A DNA stretch of 64,000 nt. It comes from Octopus sinensis (taxonomy: Eukaryota). The stretch lies in assembly GCF_006345805.1 (NCBI RefSeq), contig NC_043013.1:26350001-26414000 (forward strand), read 5' to 3'. This document shows positions 52,470-64,000 of this stretch, one piece after another. The notes beneath the pieces were generated by a model. The model saw only the letters and a list, made by a program, of their open reading frames with translations, made no database searches and was not told where the DNA came from. The first letter of the stretch is position 1. The number at the start of each line of letters is the position of its first letter. A program made the position numbers and the translations under genes.

Positions 52470-53089
52470 AGCAATATTTTTATCTTATTTGCACAGAAAT
52501 TTTAATCACATTTAGTTGTCGATTAATTCCTGTAAGCTCTAACCACACAAAGTTATTGTTTTGTTGGTATCTGTGATACCAACAAACAATGAACTGTGTG
52601 AGATTAATAGATTATAATAATGTCAGGAAATTTTAAATCTTTACACTTAACTAAGATTTCATTGCATTGATTTTGGCACTATTTTTAGTTAACTGTGTAA
52701 ATTAGAAACAGTTTTTTATTAGTGCTGTTCTGGTATCTAGCTAATAACGGACAAATTGTTGATATACATATAGGCAAAATATATATCCTTTATCATTGAG
52801 TTTATAAATCATTGAAAAGCTTGTACTGTATTGCACAATCCAAATGGCCTGCAGACAAAATAATAATCTGAAAGGAATTGTGATTGCCGCTTTCAAAACT
52901 TCAGTGTAAACAGTTATTTGTTTATAGGTGAGGACTAAATCATTCTTGGGAAAATGTATGCTTCAACTTCAGATTTGATGTGAAATCATGAATGAGCACT
53001 ATAGACTACCAATCAGGAATGGTAATTCAGTTGAATGCTTTATAGTGTTCACATTGTTGCAGGCTTTTTAGTACCATATAACTGGCACT

Positions 53090-53395
53090 CTGTAGGTTAT
53101 GACGACAAGGGTTGCAGTTGACCTGATCAATGGAACAGCCAGCTTGTGAAATTAACATGCAAATATGGCTGAGCACTCCACAGACACATGTACCCTTAAT
53201 GTAATTCTCAGGGAGAATCAGCATGATACAGTGTGACAAGGCTGGCCCTTTGAAATACAGGTACTACTCATTTTTGCCAGCTGAGTGGACTGGAGCAATG
53301 TGAAATAAAGTGTCTTGCTCAAGGACAGAACACATCACCAAGAATTGAACTCATGACCTTATGATTGTAAGCCAAGTACCCTAACCACTTAACCA
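53090..53395 (-). mobile_element. tRNA-derived SINE family C
   Basis: Minus-strand head agtggttagggtacttggcttacaatcataaggtcatgagttcaattc, then ttgctccagtccactcagctggcaaaaatgagta. Copies at ~44550-44835(-) and 47315-47520(+). Confidence 0.8.
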
Positions 53396-54122
53396 TAGTA
53401 CCATATGGACTGGTGATATCCAGCAGTTACCAAATGGCTCTGTAATACCATTTCCAACATATGAACTCAGTCTTGCTATTTACAGCTTATCAGCAGCATG
53501 CCATTGAAAATGATCAATTACAAAAGGTTTGGTAGGTTTAATATGGTGGTAGTCATCATGCTTCATGGGCTCATCTTGCTGGCATAACTTAGTGACCTTT
53601 TAGCATATTAATTAAAAGATCGCTGGATGTCAGATGGGTTGTAAGATGTTTGAATGAAAAGTATGGCTGATGCATTATCTGCCACAGAAAAAAAAAATAG
53701 ATCTGACATAATATTAGTGAACTGGGGTAGTATGGAGGGTCAACTTGTAGACCAAAATGCTGAAGAAAATCAATACCAATGAGAGACTAGCAAATATCAG
53801 CAATACCAAAAAGCAACTGAAAATAATGGCATTAATGAAGGTTCGAGATCACTGATCATTGGCTGCAGGTGGATATTGAAGTTAAGTTAAATCTACAGAG
53901 GTAGAAGCTAACAGTACATGCTGTCATCAGCAAAATGTTCAGTAGATCTCTCTTCTGAAAGAGAAGCAAAACTGAATTAGATGTGTTAGCCTTTGAAGTG
54001 TCAGTATACATTATATCTATGCTTCAACACTGAATCTCAAGTTTTAGTAATACTAGCAACTCAAGCTGGTTGTGGACAAGTGTACCACCATGCCTTTTGG
54101 AGCGAAAAACCCAGCATTCACA

Positions 54123-54282
54123 CACTAGCATAGCTAGAGTGTGTGCCACCTGGGGCAGCCCTTACATTTGCTGCCCCCAGACCTCACAAAAAATACATAT
54201 TACCTACAGCAGATCCAAAAGTGGTGCCCCTTTAAAAGTACTTCCCAGAGCAGACCATTCCGTCCCCCTAGCTACACTAGTG
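54123..54282. mobile_element. Short hAT-like MITE
   Basis: TIRs cactagcatagctag / ctagctacactagtg; degenerate 8-bp flanks cattcaca / cctccaca. Confidence 0.6.
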
Positions 54283-54301
54283 CCTCCACATCTCTAATAT
54301 C

Positions 54302-54900
54302 GTGAAGTCTTCTTGTGAAAGTGACCTGGGCATTACTGTCAGCAACGATTTGCACTGGAGAAAGTACATCTCTAAAATTGTCAAGAAGGCCGTGGGTATC
54401 ATAGCATCACTCAGCAAGACCTTTGTCAGCCACCCTCCAGTTATCTATTTAAGGCAGTATATGGCTATGGAATTTGCATCATCAATCTGAGCATCTATTT
54501 TGCTCAGAACATTGACCTCCTGGGAACTGTTCAGAGACATGCAACCAAGGGAATACCCTCCATCAGGCATCTACCATAATCTGAACACCTTGCTTCCCTA
54601 GGTATGGATACATTGAAGCTCCAACATCTGGCAACTAAATTGGTAAACACCCACAAAATTGTTAACCTCGTGCCAACAACAACCTCGAACACCTTTTTGA
54701 ATTCTATGTGTCTAACACATGTGGGCATTCCTACAAAGTCAGGAAACAGCACAGCTCCCTGACTTTCAGAAACATTTTTTCACACTCAGGGTTGCTGAAA
54801 CATGGAACAAAGTACCTGCATCAGTTGTTAGATGCTGAGACATTGCATCTTTTAAAACCACCATGCCTTCTGAAATTCGCTAGCACTACACCTGATATCC
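54302..54900 (+). mobile_element. CR1-clade LINE 3' fragment
   Basis: ESDLGITVSNDLHWRKYISKIVKKA; VQRHATK; TCGHSYKVRKQ.. resemble CR1 ORF2 C-terminal motifs. Confidence 0.8.
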
Positions 54901-57321
54901 CCATACACATGCACACATGTATATCGTGACTCTTACACTGTTCACTTTCCTGCCTTTTGTACATAATTCTATGTACTGTACATGCACCTTTGATGAGTTG
55001 TAGTACACCTGAGTACTATACACAATAATTTCACTATTATTATGGTGTAAGAATAAGCTTGCTTCCCAACCACATAGTTCCAGGTTCACTCCCACTGTGT
55101 GGCACCAATGGCAAGTGTCTACTACTATAGCCTCGGGCTGACCATAGCCTTGTCAGTGGATTTGGTAGGCAGAAACTGAAAGATCATCATCGTATGTATC
55201 TTCATGTCTGTGTTTGTTCCCTACCACCACTCAACAGCTGATGTTGGTATTTACATCCCTAAAACCTAGCGGTTCAGCAAAAGAGACTGATAGACCAAGT
55301 GCCAGGCTTTAAAAAAAGTACTAGGGTCAATTCATTTGACTAAAAATTCTTCAAGGTGGTGCCCCAGCGTGGCCACAGTCTAATAACTGAAACAAGTAAA
55401 AGATAAAAGAATATGACAATTATGGTGTATAATTACAACGCTTTATTAATTTATACTCTTCTAGTTCATTGCTAATTAGCAGAGAGGGGAGCTTTGTAAT
55501 TAGCAGAAGAGGTTATAACATTTGCCAGGCAGTTAAAATGATATGAAGTTTAATAAGCTTTACTCAAAGCGCTCACAATGGTTTTTTGGATGTTTGTGGT
55601 GTTTAAATTGCAGTAAAGCAGTGTTCATGAATAAAAGTAAGTCTAATATTCACTGTTCCAATGGTAACTCTTGAAGTTGTTCCAGCAAGGATGGTATCTT
55701 GCCTGTGGCTTGATTATAAGATGATTGCATGTAAAACTAACCAATAAATGTTAGGAATTAATCTTCTCTTTTATAATGCCTTATTAAATCAGTTCCTTTC
55801 TGGTGAATAGGGACAAGTCCCATTATCATCATCATTATTCAGCATCCATTTTCCATGCTGGCATGGGTTGGACAGCTTGACAGTAGCTGACAAGGCCAAG
55901 GGAACACCAGATTCCATAGTCAGTTTTGGATTGATTTCTACAGCTGGATGCCCTTCCTAGTACCAATCACTTTACAGAATGTACTGGGTGCTTTTTACAT
56001 GACACCATCATCAGTTCCTTTTGTATGGAACCATCACTAGTGCTCTTTACATAAAACCAGCACCAATGCTTGTTACTTGGCACCAGCACCAGTGCTTTTT
56101 ACAATCCAAAACATGATTCAGTAACAGACCATTTTCAATGGAATGTGTGATAGGAAGTTTGTTGTAACTACATATTCATATCTAAATTAAAACTTTTTTT
56201 CTTTTATTGTATTTTATTATGTTATATAAGAACATTTTATCATGTTCCAAACACCAATGTTTGATAAACCAATAAATAAGAAAAAAGTTATATATTTTAT
56301 TAAATCCTTCCAAATTCTTGTTTATTTTCGAAATTAATTGAAACATACTTAGTATATTTCAGTAGAAATACAATCACAAAAGGTTTAAATTAATTAACTA
56401 ATAACATATGTAGAATGTTCCAAACATTTGTATAATTAACTGTACTTTAATAAAAAGGGCAATTTACAAACAGTACCCCCCTGCTTATGAAGTCTTTATT
56501 TCATGACCTCTGTGAATTTATATTTCTTTGTCTATTGTCAGGTGATTACATCAACTACTTCCTTTCTATGAGTGCCAGACTGCATACAATGGCAAGTTCC
56601 AACACTGTATTACCTACATTCAGCAGTGAAATGGACTTGCCATTTGAGAATCAAGTCTTCAATGCAGTGCTGTTAGAAAAAACATAAACTGGTTACTCTT
56701 TTGGTTGGTTATCAACATCATCGCAACCATCATTTTTTATTTTATTTTTTATGCTGGAATCAGTTGGATAGGTCTCCCCCAGCATCTTGCCATATGTTGT
56801 TGCTCTCATCAAATACACAAACAACAGAGAAAACCAGAAAACTTTGTGATAGTATAGTTTCTTTCTTTCCTTTTACATGCTTTTTTTTTATAGTTGGATA
56901 CCCTCTTATCACCAACCATTTTACAGTGCTGACTGATAGCATTTTATCATGCCACTGACACTAGAAGGGTTATTTGCAGAGAAACTAGAGTCCCTTTCAG
57001 CACTGTATCAGTTCTGATTTAAAATTACTGCAGATTGTAGAATCCACATCTCTAAGTATTCTTTCCTTTTTTTTTCTGGTACTCATAGCAATGCAGCTAT
57101 TTACACTCTCTTTTGGAATATGAAGAAATTAAAAATATTGCCCCAATGCTAACACCTATTGAGTGTGTAATGATAAATCGTGTTTTTTATACGGTAAGTT
57201 TTTCTCTCTCATCTACTGAATGTAATAATGTGTATATTGCTTTTAGTTAAAGTAGGTACTTTTATTTGACCTTTGCTCCTAACCTCACTTGCCTATTAAA
57301 TTTTTTTTTTTATGTTACCAG

Positions 57322-57490
57322 GAAACCACGAATATTATACTGGGGATGTTGACAATTGGTATAATCACATGAAAGAACTTGGTTACATTGTATTACACAA
57401 TACCAACATCAAACTTCCTCGCACTGGTGTGAAAGCAGCTCAGCAGTTTTGTTTGGCTGGAGTTGATGACATTGATGCTGTTCACTTGGG
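57322..57490 (+). CDS. TMPPE: TMPPE-like coding exon 3
   Basis: Poly-T..ccag acceptor, donor gg|gtaaga. (G)NHEYYTGDVDNW..LHN..FCLAGVDDIDA contains the GNHE motif. I found no HQP/GHTH exon before position 64000. Confidence 0.93.
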
Positions 57491-57554
57491 GTAAGATTCA
57501 GTTCATTTTAGCTCCTTTGTTGTTGAGCAAGTAAAACTATGAACAAGGATATTC

Positions 57555-57930
57555 TAGCAGCTGCCTGACTGGCTCCCATGCCACTCACATGTAAAAAGCA
57601 CCATTCAAGCATGGTCGATGCCAGTGCTGGCTGACTGCTCCCATGCCAGTGGCATGTAAAAAGCACCATTCGAACATGGTCAATGCCAGTGCCAGCTGAC
57701 TGGCTCCCATGCCGGTGGCACGTAAAAAGCACTATTCAAGCGTGGCCAATGCCAGTGACACGTAAAAAGCACCCACTACTCGAAATGGTTGGCATTAGGA
57801 AGGGCAACCAGCTGTAGAAACTTTGCTAGATCAGAGTGGAGCCTGGTACAGTCTCCTGGCTTGCTTGTCCTCAGTTAAACCATCCAACCCATGCCAGCAT
57901 GGAAGTCAGGCGTTAAACGATGATGATGAA
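57555..57930 (+). mobile_element. RTE 3'-UTR-only element with ~3.5 tandem ~62-bp units
   Basis: Units gctgactggctcccatgccagtggcatgtaaaaagcaccattc.., then the conserved RTE 3' end and gatgatga. Similar tail-only copies at ~1340, 12050, 13525, 23450, 37950, 43880, 55825, 58215, 59480 and 63320. Confidence 0.85.
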
Positions 57931-60900
57931 CTATATTGTCTTATGTGTCCTCTTAAGATGTAGTTGTAACTTTTAGCAGGTTCAACAGTCACTAAGATGT
58001 CCTCTTGTTGATGGATTTGTTCCATTCTAAACAGATGAAGCTCCTGAAGTTTTTTGTTTTGTTTCAAATGATGAAGTGAATCCTAACTAGACTACTGCAT
58101 TTATCTAATAACAAAGAACTACTGATTTAGTGAGTGGAGTGTTGAACTAATTAATAAATTGGCATAGGCTTGTGGTGTCAAAAAGAAATTTGGTAAGTTT
58201 GCAGTGTCCAGATTTCATCATCATCATCATCATCCTTGTTAACATCTGCCTTCCATGCTGGCATGGGTTGAACAGTTTGACAGGAGCTGGCCAGGCAAAA
58301 GACTGCACCATACTTCTGTATCTGTTTTAGCATGGTTTTTTTATGGCTGGATGCCCTTCCTAACACCAACCACCCCGCAGAATGGATTGGGTGCATTTTA
58401 CGTGGCACCAGCGCAGGTGAGGTCAGTTTTGGCACGGGTTTTTACAGCTGGATGGCCTTTCCAAATGCCAAACATTTTGCAGTGTGGACTGGATGCTTTT
58501 TATGTGGCACCAGCAATGACAGGTTCACCAAGTAACTTGCAAGACAAGGACTCTTTGAAGGGGGAGGGGGCATTGGAGGAGATGATCTTGTGTCAGATGA
58601 TGAAAGGGTAGAGTGTGACAGAGAGAGAGAGAGTTAATAAGAAAGAGGAAGAAACAGGTGTGCTACTGTCAAGTAGATACATGGTTACCTAGCCAGAGGG
58701 AATAACAAGAGAAGGAGAGAGAGAGAGAGAACAGGAGAGCGAGTGAGTGTAGGAGAGAGATGGTGACAAAGCACCAGGGTATACTCACAAGGAACAGAGA
58801 TCAGGGAATATATGGGATGGTAGAGTAAAGAAGGGAGCGATAAACAATGGCAAGTGCTAGGGCATACCCTCAAGGTGTGGGGGTCATAATATATGTGACA
58901 CAATCATCATCACCATCAATATTTGTTATCTTCTATTTTTATCATTTTTTTTTTCTTTTCTCCTGTTAACAATGATGGGTTGACCATGTCTTCATAGATA
59001 TCATCATCCCTGATTACATATTGCTTCATTTCTGAAGATCAGTTTTATTATGAAGTAATATTATCGAAAGATGTCCATATGATGAAGGATATTTAGTATG
59101 TAATGAGATTAACATAGAGTCACCTGTTGCACTCCACTCATCATTTGTAGTCTAAAACCGAAGCCTGAGCTTAGACTCAGTACAGCAAGATGTAGCAGAC
59201 TCTGACTTGAAACTCAACATTGTTTTATCTTGTATACAGAGCTCAATAGCACAAATGCCACCAGCAGATTTGAATTCATGTTATCTTACCAAGTTGTCCA
59301 ATACCTTAATATACTTAGTTTTCTTGCTGCTTCAAGAATGCTTATATGCACCAAAAGCCTTCATGAGAAGTTCTCTCATTCTAACAACATCCACTTTTAT
59401 GTGAGGATAAATATGACCTCTTAGTACTAATACTTCTGTCGTTAATATTTATATTTTAAAATCTGTTATTTTAACATTATTATCATTTAACATCTGTTTT
59501 CCATGCTGGCATGGGTTGGCTGGTTTGACTTGAGACTGGCAAGCCCGGAGGCCACACCAGGCTCCAGTCTGATCTGACAATGTTTCTACAGCTGAATGCC
59601 CTTCCTAACGCCAACCACTCCGAGAGTGTAGTGGGTGTGTTTTTTACATACCACCAGCACAGGAGCCAATCAGGGCAGGGGCGCTGGCATCAACCACGTT
59701 TGAATGGTGCTTTTTACATGCCACCGGCAATAGGAACCAGTCAGGTAGCTCTGACAGTGACTCACGCATGAATGAATGGTGCTTATCATGTGCCACCAGC
59801 ACTGGTAATGGCCGCAACTACAATTTCCATTTGATTGTGATTGGTGTTGAGCAGTTGAAAACTAAACCTTAGTCATATCAGGATACCAGTCACTCGTTAA
59901 AGATGAACATCTAACATGAAAGTATTATTCTGAAACTAATTAGAATGATATATTTATTTATTATTTTATATCACTGTTTGTGAAGAAGAAGGTCATTGTT
60001 AATAAGTTTCCAAAAGGCCAATCACTGGTCTGTTGTCTCTTCAACAGCGAAAGTGACGTTGTATCATCTAACATGATGCAATGAACATTGTTAGTAAAGC
60101 GCCACATGTTTTTTTCATTTTAATTGTTGATGTTCATAGAAGATAAAGGGTATACCACATACACATCTAATGGTCTTCTGCACAGTTCCTGCCTACCAAA
60201 TTCCACTCATATTGTTAGTTAACCTGAGACTATGGTAGAAGACATTTATCATATGTGCTGCATAGTTCCGTGTTAGATTGTCGTTGTTAACAAGAGACTG
60301 GCATCCTTATAGGGAACGAGATTTATTCTTTTAACTGCACAATACCAAAAAATCATTTGTATTTGGAGTTGACAATATAGCAGCTTTTGGTTTCCATGTG
60401 AGTTCTGGGTTCCTCCAGCCACTTAACCCCATGACAACAATTTTTTATCAGGCAACTAGGTTGCACTGATAGTAATCATCTCAGCCGAGATCAGTAATTA
60501 GTGCACAACAATAGTTTGGCATATATTTACGTCAACCACTTTAAAGCCTGCACTGTTTATTTATGCATACTGTCATCAGTGCGAGGACCATAAATTCAAT
60601 GAAACTGGCATGGCTAGATATGACTGGAAATGGTGGTGTAACCGCCAAAACTGCTGCTTTTATATTATTATGGTGAGGAAGTCTCGAACTGAGTTGGAAA
60701 CATTTACATAAAGAGTTTAACAAACCGATCAAATTCCTTGAAATTTGCACGGTGGCCTCTGTTATCAATTCCATGAGTGATAGCGAATATTTATATCAAC
60801 TGGTATACAAACAGGTACAAAACCGCAGCAGATAGGGCTGCCTATATTTTTGTCATTTGATTCAAAGTGAGTTCACGGCACACGTAAATTTACATCAATC

Positions 60901-61242
60901 AATGTTATGGGGTTAATGGTAGGCACCACTAGCCCTTTAAGGGAACTACATACTTATAGTCATGTCTGACCCTTATGAAATTTTAAAATTGCTTCCTGGT
61001 TTTAAATCATCATTTTCATTGTTTAACATCTACTTTTCCATACATGCATGGGCCAGACGTAATTGGTTAAGGCCAGTTTTCTACATTCCAGATGCCCTTC
61101 ATTTTGCACACCGTCACCTGTTTCCAAACTATGTAATGTTTCCCCATGACCAAACATGTTTTTCATGGTGGTCTGGAAACAAACATCATTTCTATTTTGG
61201 TGCTGCTCATTTACAATTAACACATGATGCAAACTAAGGTGA

Positions 61243-61282
<40 letters not shown>

Positions 61283-61727
61283 TAAGCTGCTTTCATTTTC
61301 TTCCACCAAATCCACTCACAAAGTTTTGGTCAGCCCAGGGCTATAGTAGAAGGCACCCAAAGTGCTACACAGTGGGACTGAACTTGAAACCACATGGTTA
61401 GGAAATAAGTTTCTTTGCCACACAGCCATGCCAGCATCTTCATTTTCCTAAATATTCATGTGGTTGTTGTTGCAGCTACCATGGTCATGGCCCTGATATT
61501 GATGCAGCTTTATCCAGTTGTGATCCCACTCAACCAGTTGTCGTACTTGCACATCAACCCAGAGTAGCCAAAACAATTCTAGATTCTTCTTACAGAGTTG
61601 ACTTAATCTTATCAGGTGGGTATAAAAATAGCATCTTTGTTACCTTTTGTTTTTTGTTGTTGTCTTTTTTGTTTTGTTTTTCTTTTTATCATCAAGGAAA
61701 TTAAATTACTAAAACAGTAGCAACATA

Positions 61728-62294
61728 GGATCTTTTCCTTTTGAACGGCAGACAATTTCTAGTTAACTAAACACTTTAAAAATTCGTATACTGGTAGAAT
61801 GTGTCAAAATAAAACATTTTTTTCTCTTGGCTTTCTTGAGAAAATTGTAATTTGTTTGTTTAACGTAGTTTAATTTTTCAAATTTTAACCAATCCTATGC
61901 TCTCTTTTGAGCTAAAATCATTTGCTGTGTCTGAAACTGAGACAACATCCTGTCACTAACCCTAAACCTCCCCCCTAACCCTAACCTTTTTTTTTCTTAA
62001 TTGTTACGCGTATAAAAAAAACTAAAGCAATGGAATTAAATTAATTTAACAATTAAGAAAAAAACTTTAGGGTTAGTGGGGAGGTTTAGGGTTAGTTACA
62101 GGATGTTGTCTCAGTTTTAGATGCAGCAAATGATTTTAGTTGAATGGAGGTAATCGATTGGTTAAAATTGCCGAAATGCTCGGATTTTCAGACGAAATAT
62201 CTTACAAACTATAGAATTTTCTCAATAAAACCAAGAGAAAATGATGTTTAACTAGATATTGTGTTGACATCTGCCGTTCAAAAGAAAAAGATCC
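61728..62294. mobile_element. Foldback MITE with GGATCTTT termini, perfect 8-bp TSD and internal telomere-like repeats
   Basis: TIRs ggatcttttccttttgaacggcag / ctgccgttcaaaagaaaaagatcc; TSD gcaacata on both sides; ctaaccctaa.. / ttagggttag.. near the centre. Confidence 0.9.
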
Positions 62295-62492
62295 GCAACA
62301 TAAAGCTGAATGCTTTACAGCGTTTAATTACATCATCATGTGTTCTGTGTTCAAATCCTGGTACAGTTAACTTTTGATTTTTATTCCATTTCTATTATCA
62401 ATTAAATAAATCCATTCAATAGACTAATTGCATTGATTATCCTCTTCCAAAATTTCAGGCTTTGTACCTTAAGTAGGAACGCTTGTTGTAAT

Positions 62493-62525
<33 letters not shown>

Positions 62526-64000
62526 TATTATTATTATTATTATTATTTATTTTATGCTCTGAGTTCAAATTCTGCCGAGGTTGACTTTGCCTTTCATCCT
62601 TTTGGGATTGATAAAGTAAATAGCATTTAAGCATTGGGGTCAATGTAATCAACTTATCTCTCCCTCCAAATTGCTGGCCTTGTGCCAAAATGTGAAACTA
62701 TTATCATTTTTCATATCTGGATGTTGGATGGCAGAAACTGTAGTGAGACTAAATACATGTATTTAGTTATGTCCCCTTGTACTTTGAGTTCAAATCCTGC
62801 CAGGTTTAACTTTGCTTTTATCTTTTTAGAATTGACCCCTCACTTAGAAATGTGTGACTTGGTGACTACAAAGAAATTATTATTATTGCTATGGTCCTTA
62901 TCAATGTTATTATGATGCATAAGCTAAAGAAAATGATGTTGATAACAAATCCCATCAGCTCATCTATCCTGTCATGGGTTGGACAGGTTTTCTGGGTCAG
63001 TGTTTCTGACCAGATGCCCTTCCTTTCACCAACCCTTTTAATCATGTCGTATGACTACAGGATTATAGTGTGTTTATCCTAAAACTGGATATGAGGATAA
63101 CTAACTGTAATATAATAAATATTATTAGATTAATATTTCGGGTCACTGGTTTTCATTTAAGTGGCCTGGGTACAGTTTCAAGCAAGAAAACCCATTATAT
63201 AAATCTGTGAGGGAGACTTTTTACACAGTTATTTGGCTTGTTAGAAATAAAAACCTGTTCACATATTAACGTCATAAAGAAAAGAAAGGCGGATAATGCT
63301 ATGAAAAAAAACAAAAAGCATCCAGTACACTCTGTAAAACAACTGGCATCAGGAAGAGCATTCAGTAAGAGTAAGCTTGCCATAGTAACCATTGCAGCCC
63401 TTAGGTTAGTTAGATCCTGTCAAACCATCCGACTCATGCCAGCATGGAACATGGATGTTAAATGACAAGTATGATGATGGTGATTATTATTATTATTATT
63501 ATTATTATTGCTAAGGCAGCGAGCTGGTAGAATCGTTAACACACTGGGCAAAATGCTTAACAGTATTTTGTCCATTGCTGTGTTCTAAGTTCAAATTTCG
63601 CCGAGGCCGACTTTGTCTTTCATCCTTTCAGGGACGATTAAATAAGTACCAGTTACACACTGGGGTTGATGTAATGGACTTAATTCCCTCCCACAAGTTG
63701 CCCTTGTGGCAAAAATTTGAAATCATTATTATCATTATTGTTGTGGAAAATTTCAAAAGAGGAGGAAGAAATTTTTTTGTGAGCTGAGTAGAATTGTTAT
63801 TAGCATTTCTCATTAGGGTGATGATTAACTTTGATTAACATTAGAGGTAATAACATTGAACAATCATCATCTCCATTGTCTCAATTCCCATCACTGATAT
63901 ATTATCAGCATAAACATCATTATTAACATTTAGCGTGTTGTTGACTGTGTGGTTAAGAAGTTTGTTTCCTGACCATAGGGTCTTTGGTTCAATCCCACTG

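Noticed and set aside
53700-53960. Minus-strand FADDS, a possible RT remnant
   Set aside because: Too degraded to delimit or classify by eye.
58998-59015. Candidate TMPPE exon 4 after ttcatag
   Set aside because: In-frame TGA after G-Y-H-H-P, and no HQP/GHTH motifs.
61955-62098. Interstitial telomere or chromosome fusion site
   Set aside because: Only a few degenerate units, lying inside a TIR/TSD-bounded MITE.

Overview
AT-rich, repeat-dense animal genomic DNA. The SINE, RTE and microsatellite landscape looks octopus-like; this is an inference, not a lookup. Two host genes are visible. One is a TMPPE-like membrane metallophosphoesterase on + (three phase-compatible exons at 40753-41524, 51662-51772 and 57322-57490; the 3' part lies outside the window). 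The other is a single PX-domain exon of an SNX3/10/11-like sorting nexin on - (809-898). The rest is mostly transposable elements: truncated RTE LINEs, mariner/maT remnants, hAT-, piggyBac- and GGATC-ended MITEs, a Helitron, a CR1 fragment and several tRNA-SINE families. The most notable items are: (1) a 391-bp TSD-flanked element with a tRNA-like Pol III head between two inverted repeats carrying minimal hammerhead-ribozyme motifs; (2) a second repeat family with a variant hammerhead core; (3) an ORF1-only Tx1/L1-like element inserted with a 15-bp TSD into a SINE tRNA head; (4) a PHD finger embedded in the RTE reverse transcriptase; (5) a near-perfect ~585-bp inverted duplication. Nearly all other short ORFs in the track are repeat or microsatellite artefacts.
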